A stretch of DNA of 64,000 nt, taken from Octopus sinensis. Lineage: Eukaryota. The stretch spans positions 51,890 through 115,889 of the forward strand of contig NW_021832280.1 of NCBI RefSeq assembly GCF_006345805.1. The letters run 5' to 3'. The notes below the pieces were generated by a model. That model had not been told where the DNA came from and did not search any database. It saw nothing but the letters and a program-made list of their open reading frames with translations. Position 1 is the stretch's first letter. Every line of letters starts with the position of its first letter. A program made the translations under genes and the position numbers. This document shows positions 1 to 12,199 of the stretch, one piece after another.

Positions 1-1194
1 CTTTCAATATTATACTTCCTTTTCAGCACCTGTATTTTTGTTAGCTTTTAAGCTCCCGTTTCTCTTTTCAGTCTAACACAGAAATTTCCTACGAGAGCAT
101 GTCTAACCCTGCCTGGTTCCTTCTTTTCCACCATGGATCTTTTCTTTTGTCACTCCCATTATGTTTCTTTTTCTTGACATCGACACCCACGTTCTACAAC
201 AATACTTGCTGCCATGATCAAATTATTTGTTTCTGTGATGTTGTTTGTTCTGATGTATTTCAGAATTTCATTCACATTTTTCGTCTCTGGTTCACCTTCC
301 ACCGGTCAACATTTTTAAGGTTGCAAATAATGTTACTATTGTTCTCCTGTAGTCTTATCTTTATTCTGTCGTAGATTGCCTTTTGTTCGTCTGTCATGTC
401 GCCATTATTTTTATTGTCTTCTTTTAGATCATCTATTTGTCTCTCATCAAGTTAACTACCACTGCTCCTCTCTTGTGCTATGGATTACTTTTATTATTAA
501 GAACGTATTTTCATCGTTATTTCTGCTGCTATTTTCCATGACCCGTCTTTTGATAGCTTCAAGCTCTACTTCGGTGAACTAACAATTTTTTCTTATTGCT
601 CTAGAGCAGGGGTGGGCAAACTTTTTTGATCACGGGCCGCACAGTGCGTCTTTGGAACCTTGGCGGGCCTCATTTATAAAAATCAAGTGAAAATATTTTT
701 AAAGGCGGTTATAGACCTATAAACACACAATTGATTGAAAGGAAATTTTGTGAAATATTCCTCTCGGCGGGCCGCATGAAAACCTATGGCGGGCCGCATG
801 CGGCCCGTGGGCCGTAGTTTGCCCACCCCTGCTCTAGAGTCATCCCATAACCCCTTATTTGAGTACCATTTTCATCTACCTGGCTGCTTAGGTAGCAATA
901 CTCCATGACCACAGCATTAATTTGCTTGCTCCATCTACTCCGTGTGTGGTGGTCCCTTTCTGGATATCGACAGGTTGGAGCTGGACCAGATTCTCTGAGC
1001 CTACCAGGTGTAACTCTGTCACCAAAATTGGCTTCAGTTTCATTCCCACCATCATTCACAATATTTTGTTTTTTCGTTGACACTCATATGAGGTGGCCAT
1101 TATCGGGTTGCGTAATTACCAGTGTTTTTATTGTGACACCATCACTAGATGTATCTTTAATCAGGACATGGGGAGACTCCACCCGCTTCCTTCC
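1..1194 (-). mobile_element. 5' portion of a decayed Dong/R4-type (RLE) LINE, interrupted by a hAT MITE
   Basis: The minus ORF 784-1083 has the R4-type N-terminal motif RSRWSKQINAVVMEYCYLS..RGY. It continues past the MITE as ..FTEVELEAIKRRVME. The element begins immediately after a (TAA)n tract. Confidence 0.7.
607..831. mobile_element. hAT (Charlie/SPIN-type) non-autonomous MITE, 225 bp
   Basis: Perfect 15-bp TIRs CAGGGGTGGGCAAAC / GTTTGCCCACCCCTG. 8-bp TSD CTCTAGAG at 599-606 and 832-839 matches the NTCTAGAN hAT target. Internal GGGCCGC subterminal motifs. Confidence 0.93.
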
Positions 1195-1218
1195 ATTATT
1201 ATTATTATTGTTATTATA

Positions 1219-1249
<31 letters not shown>

Positions 1250-1259
1250 TATCATTATC

Positions 1260-1303
<44 letters not shown>
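1195..1303. repeat. (TAT)n/(CAT)n microsatellite separating two Dong elements
   Basis: Seen directly in the sequence. Confidence 0.95.
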
Positions 1304-1305
<2 letters not shown>

Positions 1306-4280
1306 GTTTGACTTTTGCTTTATATTTGTACAAGTTGGCTCCATGTCTCACCCAGAGACCTCAAGAGACAACAGGTTGGAAGTTCACGTTGTGTTATGCC
1401 TAGTGTGCCATATATTTGGTTTTTTTTTTGGTGTTGTACTAGTGAATGTCTAATAAATAAATAAATAAATAAAATTGTTTGTTTTAAACCTTGAGATTAC
1501 ATAGAGAGTATTTTGCGTAGGATATAAGCAGTTCCTATGAGCACTATCTTTTGAATTTCTGCCATTTTGGGGTTTCCTGGTATCTGAGTTAGGTAGCAAT
1601 CAGCCCCTTTCGCTATCATTCCCAGGGCACCTATGACAACAGGTATTGTTTTAGTCTTCAGGTTCCACATTTTGCTGATTTCTATTTCAAGATCTTTATA
1701 TTTGCTCAGTTTTGGTAGGTCTTGACAGATAGTTTATATAGATTGGGACAGTCATATCAATGAGGAGGCATGTTCTTTGTCTGAAGTCTTTCAGTATGAT
1801 GTCTGGCCTATTTCATATCTTTCTGTTATTTGAATAGTTCCTGAGATGTGATCATTTTAAGCAGGAGGAGTTGGATTGTTTTTTTCACTGGAGGTAGATC
1901 GTGTTCACACCAGTTTTTTTCATGGGGCAAACAGGTTTTTGCAAATTACCCAGTGAATATATTGTGCAGTTCTATCATGCCTGTTGAGATACTCTGTAGG
2001 CGCTAGAAGACTGCACTTGGAGACAACATGATCAATGGTTTCATTTTGCTGTTGACATACACGACATGTTGGGCTACTGCTGTTCTTTAATATGTTGGTC
2101 TGGTAGTTCCTTGTAGGTAGGCATTGATCTTGAGCTGCTATGATAAACCCTTCTGTTTCAGATTTTAAGCCACAGGCCATTAGCCATTGATGGGTCAGGG
2201 CTTTGTCAACATCTGCATCATTCACTCTCTTTGGGTATTTGCCATAGAGAAGTTTTTCTTGCCATTTATCCGTAAGAATATCTAAGGCAGCAGTTTTAGC
2301 ACGTGTTTTCATGCGCTTAGCTTTTTCTGTGCTTGTTTCTTGTGTGTCTAATTCCAAAATTTGTTGTATTCGGAATTCACTTAGATATTCCTTTGCCTGT
2401 TTTGTTACTGAGTATGATGCTTTTGTGTTTCATGTTTTGAGACAAGTTTTAACATCCAGTCCTCAGAGTTTTTAGGTAGGTGTCTCTAGGCCAATTGTAG
2501 CAATCTTCATTGTTATTGCCAGTTGTAAAAGACCATGACTTCCCTCTTTTTGGCAGATAAAGTCGCTCTATATCTGCCTTAGGGTGGTGCATTCTATGCA
2601 TTGTCAACAGGTTTTGTATTTTTATGTCAAGATTACAGATTTCAGTAATTGACCAGTTAACGATATTGAAACTGTAAGTCACGACTGGTCTGGCTAAAGC
2701 ATTGATCGCTTCGATCCTGTTTCTTGCATTCAGCTCTGTCTTGAGTATTGCTCTCACTCTTCGATAACATTCTCTCCTGATCCTTTCCTTCATCTGTGAA
2801 TGCCTTATTCCGTCCCCTTCAATTACCCCTAGGTACTTGTAGCTCTCCGCTGGGTGTAATTCTTTTATGACATTCTGCTGGTCAAGGTTGACGTTAGATG
2901 TTTCTGTCATTTTTCCTTTGATAAAGGTAGCTTTTGCACATTTATCGAGGCCAAATTGCACTCTGATGTCGTCACTGAATTGTTTGTATCGCTAGTAAGT
3001 TCTTGAGTTGTTGGTCATTTTTTGCAAAAAGCTTTAAATCATCCATGTAAATGAGATGATTTATATTTTTATCAAACATTTTATACCCGTACTGTGCAAC
3101 ATTGAGCAGTTTTGAGAGAGGTATTAAGGCTAAACAAAAGAGGAGTGGTGACAGTGAGTCACCCTGGAAAATGCCACACGAAATGTTTACATCACCAGCA
3201 TTTAGAGATTCATTGTGACTGTTCAAAGTTAGTGTGGTTCTCCATGATCTCATACTTACAGTCAAAAAGTTTTGCAGAGTAGGTGCTATCTTATACATTT
3301 CCAGGCATTTCCTAATCCAGCTATGTGGTAGGCTATCAAAAGCCTTTTTATAGTCTATCCAGGCTATTGATAAGTTTTTGTGTTGTTTGTGGCAATCTTC
3401 TAAGATCATCTTATTGATGAGTAGTTGATCTTTACAACCATAGGATCCACGTTTACATCCTTTCTGTTCATTAGGGAATATGCTGCTGTCTATTAAAAAA
3501 CTATAGGACAGATGTTAGCGTTTTATACATAGTTGTTAAGCTGGTTATGGGTCTATAGTTTTTTGGTTCATTTGTTTCTTCACTTTTTGGAAGCAGGAAT
3601 GTTAACCCATTAACTAGCCAAGGAGGCATCCTACTAGGTTGTTGCAAAACATCATTGTAAAGTTCTGTTAGCAGTTCATGGCTCTCTGGGAAGGCATTCA
3701 GCCAGAAGTTAGGAATTTTATCCTTTCCTGGAGACTTCCATTTACTTGCCCTCCTGAGAGCAGATCTTATATCTTCTACCTTGACACCCTCCCACTTTTG
3801 CTCTTCTAAGGGGTCCAGTTCTGTAGATATTCTGTCAATCCAGGGGGCCTTTTCGTTGTGTATTTTTTCTTCTGCCCAAATTTTATTCCAAAATCCCTGC
3901 ACTTCTTCTTTTGATGGTACAGACCTTACAGTAACTGCTGTTTTTCCTATCTTCCTGTAAAACATTTTGGGGTTATTTTTGAACATGTTGTTGTCCTTGA
4001 AAAATCTAACACGCTTTTCATACCTCGCTATGCGGGCAGCTTTGGCAGATACCTTTTGCTTGATGGTTTCTATGGTGGCATCAATATCAAGTATAGTTTT
4101 CATATTGTATTTTTTCATTAATTTTTGGGTTTTTGTAGGTTTGGTAGTCTTGTGAACCTTAAGGTTTTTCAAATATTCAATGTCAGATCTAAATAGTTTA
4201 ATTTGTTGTTGCAGACGCTCTTGCCAAGAAGGCTTTTTGTGGGAATGTTGCCATTTTCTAATCTTTACACCACATAAGGA
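1304..4280 (-). mobile_element. 5'-truncated Dong/R4 non-LTR retrotransposon (RT + CCHC + restriction-like endonuclease), frameshifted
   Basis: Minus ORFs 3501-4382 (KSPGKDKIPNFWL, NYRPIT), 2972-3409 ([29 protein letters not shown]), 2449-2961 (YKYLG) and 1920-2357 (CRVC..ETIDHVVSKC..RHD). An RPDI / IPVVIGALG RLE segment lies near 1600-1810. Both flanks are (TAA)n. Confidence 0.93.
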
Positions 4281-4325
<45 letters not shown>

Positions 4326-4368
4326 CATCATTATTATCATTATCATTATTATTATCATTATTATTATT
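4281..4368. repeat. (TAT)n/(CAT)n microsatellite
   Basis: Seen directly; it produces the poly-Ile/poly-Asn ORF artefacts. Confidence 0.95.
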
Positions 4369-4680
4369 GAGTGAAAGGGCAATAGATGCCATCAAAGTGA
4401 CACTGGGGTATAAATATACGGAGCCCAGTATACCCACCATGACTACCCATCTGAAAAGGATACAACAGCCACATGCATCACAACCATATGTATGTGACAT
4501 GGTGATCTCATATCAAGATAAATAGTGTATGACCTTGCAAGTGGGGCCCAGTTAAAATTTTCTTCAGGTCAAGTAGCCCATCCTTCTCAAAAGGTCCCTG
4601 AATAAAGGTGATGTACAAAACACCCATATTTCCAGGGATGAATTATTCAAACTCCAAAGAATTCCTCTCAACACATGGCT
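4369..4680 (-). mobile_element. 3'-end fragment of a Dong-family element terminating in the (TAA)n tract
   Basis: 4540-4600 is the reverse complement of the 3' end at 7579-7640 (GGGACCTTTTGAG..TTCTAACTGGGCCCCAC), which also ends in TAATAATAAT. Confidence 0.65.
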
Positions 4681-5049
4681 CAACTGGTTACAGTCAAACA
4701 ACTGACAAGCAAGTCTATGGTATTGAGTGGAATAATTGCTGCAACCCATCTTTTATACCAAAACAATGTACATGATAACACATCCAAAAGTCATGAGGGC
4801 CACTGCCTGGAAGAGCATCAGGGCATTTACTATTTTTTTTATTATTATTATTTGTTTTTCTTTCAATTTTGTTTCCATTTCTTGCCGAGTGTCTTCCTGA
4901 CACCCAGGGGAAAAAAAACCTCACTTTGTACATTGATAGGCAATTAAAATAAACACACCAGGTTGTTCATTTACAAAATCAAATGAAGTTATGTAGAAAA
5001 CAAAATTTACACGGATGGTTATCATTCTCATATCAACAATTTTCTACTA

Positions 5050-5660
5050 AACATGTAACGTATCAGTTAACACAACCATTTGTACTTCTTGTGCTGGGGT
5101 CATTCTCATATAATTTTCAGTTCCTTTTTTGATCAGTCCAAATGTTCTTACAATCACTGGCACTGTAACCACATTTTCCAATTTCAATGAGAAAATTTTA
5201 TGTTATTATTCATATATGTACAACAGATTAGACTGTTGAAAAGAAAAATCCTAACATCAGGCTACAACAGAGTAACCTTAGATGCCAAGAACCCTCCTAA
5301 GCATCCAAGCTGTCCTAATAACACTGTTTTCTGGAACTGTACTAAATTATGTGTTATGCCTATTTCCTCTATCCATCTGTTCGAATCTTTAGCGATAGTT
5401 CCCAATGCACCTATAACTACTGGAATAGATTTTACCCGCACTTTCCATAGTCTCTGTAATTCAGTGGTTGGGTCCTGGTACTTTGCTATTTTTTTCTAAA
5501 CCATTTATATTGACTTTCTCATCATTTGGGACTGTAAAGTCAATTATCTGGCACTTTCTATTCTCTTTATCTACTGCTACTAAACCAGGCCTTCTAGCTT
5601 CTATTACTCTGCCAGTCTGAATGTTAAACTCCCACAACATCTTGTAATACTTACTTTCTA
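5050..5660 (-). mobile_element. Two decayed RLE-LINE (Dong/R4) endonuclease-domain fragments
   Basis: The minus strand reads ..CQIIDFTVPND..IPVVIGALGTIAKD..FQKTVLLG at 5280-5600. A second VPVIV..FGLI segment lies at about 5120-5180. Confidence 0.65.
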
Positions 5661-6096
5661 GTAGTTTGTTTCCTTTAATTTATTTGGTATTTTTTAATAA
5701 CTTGTGTCTGTTTGAATCTACATGTTGCTCTTTATCAAGAGAATTGTAAAACATGAATGTCAGTATAAAACAAGGGGGAAACAATAGGTGATCCATCACT
5801 GCTCTCAAAGCCACTCACCTGAGGTTGTGTGAGTGCCCAGCTATTGCTGCATCCAATTTTTATATTTATATAATATGTGTATTATATGAAACACTCAGCA
5901 AGTGACAGCTGTTGCTAATGCCCACATTTTGATTAAATCCGGTTCATTCCATTTTCTGGTATTAGGAATTTTTTTAGCATGGATTTTGTATATACTGATT
6001 GATTCCCACATATTTATCCAGCAAAAGGAATATTTCTGCAGTATGATAGCATATGATTAGCATATGATAGCCAATAACCTTAGAAGAGCACAAATG

Positions 6097-6103
6097 AATA
6101 ATA

Positions 6104-6139
<36 letters not shown>

Positions 6140-6220
6140 TAATAATGATAATAATGATAATAATAATAATAATAATAATAATAAAATGATAATAATAATA
6201 ATGATAATAATAATAATAAT
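6097..6220. repeat. (AAT)n/(GAT)n microsatellite
   Basis: Seen directly in the sequence. Confidence 0.95.
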
Positions 6221-7680
6221 TTATTACTATTTTCGAAACGAAATGATGTATTTTAACTCGATATCATCTCCACCTCTACCACAACACATGTAAACATGCG
6301 TGGACATTACGATCCATCAACATCAGATCATCCCCAACCCCAAACACCATGTACAAAAAAACTACGAAGAAATTAAATACCACCGATATTATTCAACCCA
6401 AGAATAACAATCGGGAGGTACGTACTTTAAACTTACAACACAAAATGTACGAAAAGCTACATGTGCAAAACAATGTGACAACAGAAATGAACGGACCAGT
6501 ACCCTACGAAAATGGCGACCGTCAAAATAATGGGCCGGACGTTGTTCCTCATGTCCCGCAAATAAAACCAAAAAGGCATAAATGGACACGTGAGGAATAT
6601 ATTTTTATCCTACACTTCACAGCAGTGCTCTACCCAAAGAACAAAAACACAACAACATATAAAATATGGAAGAAAAATAACCTAAACAAAGACTTGGATA
6701 CAGCAATGAACCCTAATAAACTAGCTAACATACGAAGATACATTCTCAACGCAAAAAAATATCAGAAATAGAAATAGAACATTTATAAGAAAAAATACAC
6801 CAGGAAAATGTAGATAGTAAACACACAACAATGCCCAATAATATAAACACTGAAACAGTAAAACACGAAGACAAACGTAACATTTCCAATAAAAACGAAG
6901 TAAACAAAAAACAACAAACCCAGACCGTAAGGATGAATAATAATGTAAGAAAAGCAGTAAACCAAAACACAACAGACAAACATACGAATGAGAAAAAAAG
7001 CGACACAAATCTAAAACCTGGAAACAACGAAGGGGAGCCTAATGATTATGATACCATAAAAAATAGAATAATCAAAGAACCGAAAAACACAGATCTCAAA
7101 ATGGACCACCAACCATACCTCCCAAAAATCAAAATAGACCAAAAAACAACATCGATAATAAATAGCATAAACCTGGCTGTCACGGAACTAATAGCCACAG
7201 AAACAAATGGCAATATCACTGAGCTAAATGACATAATATAGGCAGCAGCCACTGCAGCCACAAAAGAAGCTGGATACTCACTCAAATCTATCCAAACAGG
7301 AGTACCACCACCCAAACAAACCCTGTGGATAAATAACATCCAAAACAAAATACAAAAAATGAGAAAAGATCTGTCGATTCTTAATGAAATCAGTAGACAA
7401 TCAACGCTACTGAGCAACAAAAAGAAAACAAAAATACTGTGCAAATACAACATCACAGAAAAAGATTTACCTGAGATAAAAGAAAAGCTGAAGCAAGATA
7501 TCCTTGCCAAAGCACAAAGGATCCGCCGCTACGAGAAACACCAGCGCTTCTTTGAACAAAACAAAAAGTTCTATTCTGGGACCTTTTGAGTGGGATGGGT
7601 TACCCGACCTAAAGAGAATTCTAACTGGGCCCCACCTGATAGGCCATGCACTGCTCTCTCACTCAGTAATAATAATAATC
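6221..7680 (+). mobile_element. Internally deleted Dong/R4 element (ORF N-terminus fused to the 3' end), flanked by (TAA)n
   Basis: ORFs 6349-6771 (KRHKWTREE..NKLANIRRYI), 6831-7241 and 7359-7589 (KLKQDILAKAQRIRRYEK..FFEQNKKF, homologous to IKQKVSAKAARIARYEK in the 3501-4382 ORF). At about 7575 it jumps to the 3' UTR and a TAA tail. Confidence 0.8.
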
Positions 7681-7835
7681 AGGAAAGTATTAGGTAGCTG
7701 ACAAGAATGAATACCACGGTAGTATAGGCTGCATGTAATAAGCCTGCTATAGGTACAGGAAGAGGAGGGGAGAAGAAGGAGAAGCAGAAGAAGAAGAAGA
7801 AGAAGAAAAAGAAGAAGAAAAAGGAGGAGGAGACA

Positions 7836-8095
7836 TCAGGTGTACTGTTGGTGAATTTCTGAAAGCATGGAAGTTTTGAAGGATGTAGTGCCTTGATGGC
7901 TAAAGACTGATGTGAGTAGTTTATTCCATGCTTCAGCAATTCTGAGAGTGCAAAAATGTTTCTGAAAGTCATGGAGGGTGTGTTGGTTTTTGATATTGTT
8001 AACGTGTCCACGAGTGTTAAACATATGGAACTGAAAAAGCTACCCAAGATTGTTGTTGGGAAGATGATAGGTTATTATATGGTTATTACCCATAT
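7836..8095 (-). mobile_element. CR1/L2-group LINE 3' end
   Basis: The minus ORF reads NTRGH..QKHFCTLRIAEAWNKL..SFK, a typical CR1 ORF2 C-terminus. Confidence 0.7.
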
Positions 8096-8099
8096 TACC

Positions 8100-9140
8100 C
8101 TGCTGGCATGAGTAGGAGAGTTTGACCAGAGCTGGCAAGCTGCGAAATGGGCTGCACCAGGCTCCAGTCTGCTTTGGCTTGGTTTCTATGACTGGATGCC
8201 CTTCCTAACACCAACTGCTCTACAGAGAGTGCTTGGCATTTTTACATCGTGCTATATTTGGACTTTTACATGGCACCAGCCCAGGACTCTTGCAAGTCAA
8301 TCCTCACTATGATGGGGATTGGTGTTGACACTTCTGCTGTACATCTTCTTGATCTGCTCAAGGTCTATGGGTCTTCTTGAGTACAGCAGGATGCCAGTCG
8401 TTTCAGTCCTTTGTCACCTTGCCTGAAATTTTAATGTCCTAATGTCATTCTTCAGCACTTCTTCCCATGTTTTCCTAGGTCTCCCTCTTCTATGTGTTCC
8501 ATCTCCTTTGAAAGATTATCACTTTTTTCTATGGAGCTGTGTGCATCACATGACCGAATCAGTGCAGGCTTCTCTCTTGCACACAGCAACCAATTCCTCT
8601 TATGCCTAACTTCTCTCTCAGAACAGTGGCACCCTGTCAAACATATCCAGCAGAGCATACTGGCCTCATTCCTCTCTAACCTTCACATGCCCTCTGCATT
8701 CAGGGCCCACATCTCATTACCATGTAGAATTGCTGTCCATATACATACATCATAAAATCTTTCTTTCACTCGGAGAGAGAAACCTTTTGGGGCCAATAGA
8801 GGTAACAGCTCTCCGAACTTTCTCCATCCCATTCTTATTCTAGCTGTTACACTCTCCATGCATCCTCCCCCACTACTAATTTACTCTCCTTGATAGCAGA
8901 AGTTATATACTACCTCTAATGAGCCACCAAGGCGTTTAAGAGAATCAACTTCCTGAGTCTCTAAAGTTTTTTTATGGATCTTGTGCATCTTCCACATATG
9001 ATAACCGTCTTCTCTTGATAAGCTACCTATTAATCCACTGCACCTGTTGTGTGTCCGTAGCTTACACTGGGTGCACCATATGAAATTCCAGCTTATACCT
9101 TCCGGACAGGGTCACCTACCTGTGTAGGGTACGGTCTTCT
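8100..9140 (-). mobile_element. Decayed RTE LINE 3' part
   Basis: Homologous to the RTE copies at 30048-30650 and 33100-33700 (TARIRMGWRKF, LYDVC..AILHG..WAL). Its 3' UTR carries the GGATGCCCTTCCTAAC motif. Confidence 0.75.
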
Positions 9141-9599
9141 CTCTCTAATATATATTGCAGCCACCTGACAAACGAACAACACACACACACCTCATGTATG
9201 TGTGTTCGACTTTGTTCATTTACCTTATGCTGCTTCTAATTCATATTTGAATCTTGTCCATGGCATGATATGTTGGGACATGCCAACAGATGGTTCTTAA
9301 ACCATTTAAAATATAGTGTCATATCCAGTTTGACAGCTCACAGCAGGCTCTTTGGTTAGTACACGGCATTGATAAGTCAGAACAAGGCAAAACATTGACG
9401 TCTCACCGTCTGAAAAAAAAAATGAAAAAAAAAAGGGATCTGATGTGAGTTGTCTCTCTTGGCTGTGACCTGTTTGGGTGTTTTCACAACAAGCGTATTG
9501 AAATTCTATTCCCTTATGCCTAAAAATGCAGTTACCCGACAAACTAACCTCGTGTATGTGTGTTCAACTTTGTTTCTATATATATTTAACAACTTATTA

Positions 9600-10935
9600 T
9601 TATGCGAAGAGATGATTTGTGAAAGATTTTTTGTGTTAGAAAAAAACTATCCTAATTTGGTAAGAGTTTATTCCTTGAGGGTGAATGCTGGAGTTTCACA
9701 TTCCTCACGATAGACCAGAAATCATCTTCAAACTGTTTCAATCTTGGGTTAGGTGGAGGATTGTTTTTAGATTTAAATAACTTTTTGGAATTCTGAAGCT
9801 GGATCGTTTGAGGGCTGTTTAATGTCTTTATTGTCAAAGAAAGAGACCAGCTATAAAGAAAAGCATTACCTTTATTAACCCTAGTGACATTAATTCTACC
9901 TCTATTAATCAGGGCATGAAATCAAGTCATTAAGATATTAACAATATTAATTTTATTTCCAATTACGACACCAAATCAAGTAATTGTAATTCTGCAGTGT
10001 AAGGGAGATAACCGTTATTTAATACCCTTTTTTCATTATAAAGGTACATCGATGTATTTTAAAGATAATTACCCTAATAACAAAGTTAATTCCTTCCAAA
10101 CTGTTTGGTTAATACTTCCATATGTTAAAGAGATCAAATATAACTTCCCTGACCAGTTTCGTGAAGCTATAGAAAAGAATTTCTCGAAAAACTCAAGATA
10201 CTATTTGATTATTACTTCACACCGAATCTTTCAAAAACCATCTCTTTGCATAATAATGAGTTGTTAAATACAAATCCACTTACTGAAAAATACCAACATT
10301 AATTTTGTTAATACTAACCATTCTTTAAATAATAACAGCAGAGTTATTCGATTTCTTAGCAGTAATTCTAAGACTAGAAACTCTATCAATGTAAAATTAC
10401 TTCCAGTTCTGATGTCTTTGTTTTTTATATAGGTAGTTCTTCATCTCAGTTGTCCAAAAGAATATCTAATCATTACTCTACATTTAGATATATTAATAAA
10501 TACATTTATAGAACATGTTTATCATTGCAAACATTGGCAAAACCAAACCTTTAGTTCCTATAAGTCATTTCCACTAATCGATAAAATTCGACCTTTAACT
10601 GTCTTCTTACATTTCACTTCCACTAAATATATCTACTTCCATGCTTTTAAGCTTTATTCTAATTCACCTATCGCTCTATATCTCTCCACTACTAGTTTTC
10701 TGCTAATTTCTTTCTTTCTCTTCCTTCTCTTTCTATAAACTACTTTAGACATTATATCTACTAACGGTTTTTTTTTAAAATAACTTAATAGCATTCCCTT
10801 CATCATTATACGCAGTCATCACATTCTGCTAAAATGTCTCATTGATGTGTTTGGTTTCTTTCTGGAATAATAGCAATGTTGTTTCCAGAACATATGTCAG
10901 AAGTAAAAGAATTTAAATAACACCTGTGTTTAACT
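9600..10935 (+). mobile_element. Penelope-like element (PLE) remnant: RT C-terminus, GIY-YIG endonuclease and 3' repeat, with an inverted 5' piece
   Basis: 10381-10488 reads LYQCKITSSSDVFVFYIGSSSSQLSKRISNHYSTFR (GIY-YIG). 10052-10267 reads VWLILPY..F..AIEKNFSKNSRYY. Minus 9652-9837 reads FKSKNNPPPNPRLKQFEDDFWSIVRNVK, resembling a PLE ORF N-terminus. It ends at an (AT)n tract. Confidence 0.75.
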
Positions 10936-11592
10936 CCATTTATATATATATATATATATATATATTTACCGGAGTAAGCACATAAATGTGAAACAAGGTG
11001 GAAAAAAGAGTACTCAAATACCAGAGGCAGAGTAATATGCTTTATTTAAAAACAGCAGAAAGTGTATATATATATATATATACTCGAAATGTAAGAGACT
11101 TTTTCTATTCCTGAGCGCTATACTAATACATCTGTTTGTTTGTACACCACCTGTCTTCGTCTTTTGTTTATTTTCATAAACTTTCCCTTTATATATATAT
11201 ATAGAGAGAGAGAGAGATCACCATCTTTATCATTTACCATCTAGTCTTCCTGCTGGCATGGACTATTTGAAAGAAGCTGGCAAGTTAGAGAGCTGCAGCA
11301 GTTTTGGTATGGTTTCTACATCTGACTGCTTTTCTAATGCCAACCACTGTACAGAGTGTACTGGGTGCTTTTATGTGGTGCCATCCCAGATGTCCTTTAT
11401 GCAATGCCAGCATGGGTGCTTTATACCATATCTCCTCCTTTTCCACAATAATTCGAACTCAAATATTTTCTCACACCGTCTTTGATGAAGAAATATCCAT
11501 AATATCCCAGAAACAGCTGAAAGATTATTTCATTATAAATGTTCTGAAAACTCTTCACAGTCTTGTTTTTATCTCATTCTGTCTAATATATA

Positions 11593-12120
11593 CGAGGGTG
11601 AGTCAAAAAGTAATGCCATTTTGTTTAGGACAGGTATAATTACCAACACAGGAACATGTATCATACATCAAAATGAAGCTGGTCCTCTGTGGATCACATC
11701 CCTACTTCTCAACATAGTCGCCATTCCTCTCAATAGCAATGTTCCACCTTTGAATGAGAGCATGTATCCCTGCTCTGTAAAATTCTGTTGACTGTTCTTT
11801 GAGCCACTTCTTCACCACCTCCACACTCACCAGATTTAGTTCCTTCAGACTATCTTCTCTTCGGCGCAACGAAAGAATGTTTGAGAGGCAAACATTATTC
11901 CAGTGACGACTGTAGTGAAGAAGTGGCTCAAAGAACAGTCAACAGAATTTTATGGGGCAGGAATACATGCTCTCATTTGAAGGTGGAACATTGCTATTGA
12001 GAGGAATGGTGACTATGTTGAGAAGTAGAGAGGACCAGCTTCATTTTGATGTATGATACATGTTCCTGTGTTGGTAATTATTCCTGCCCTAAACAAAATG
12101 GCATTACTTTTTGACTCTCA
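11593..12120. mobile_element. Mariner-derived fold-back element (long inverted arms made of two transposase 3' ends)
   Basis: TA-flanked. Arms 11593-11815 and 11915-12120 are reverse complements. The spacer plus right arm read PPHSPDLVPSDYLLF..VKKWLKEQSTEFY..RWNIAIERNGDYVEK, a mariner C-terminus. Confidence 0.88.
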
Positions 12121-12136
12121 TATATATATTTTGACC

Positions 12137-12199
<63 letters not shown>

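Noticed and set aside
905-1453. Poly-Tyr/His, poly-Ile and YI/HT-repeat ORFs (also 4180-4500, 28187-28554, 43747-44001, 47004-47393)
   Set aside because: These are microsatellite translations.
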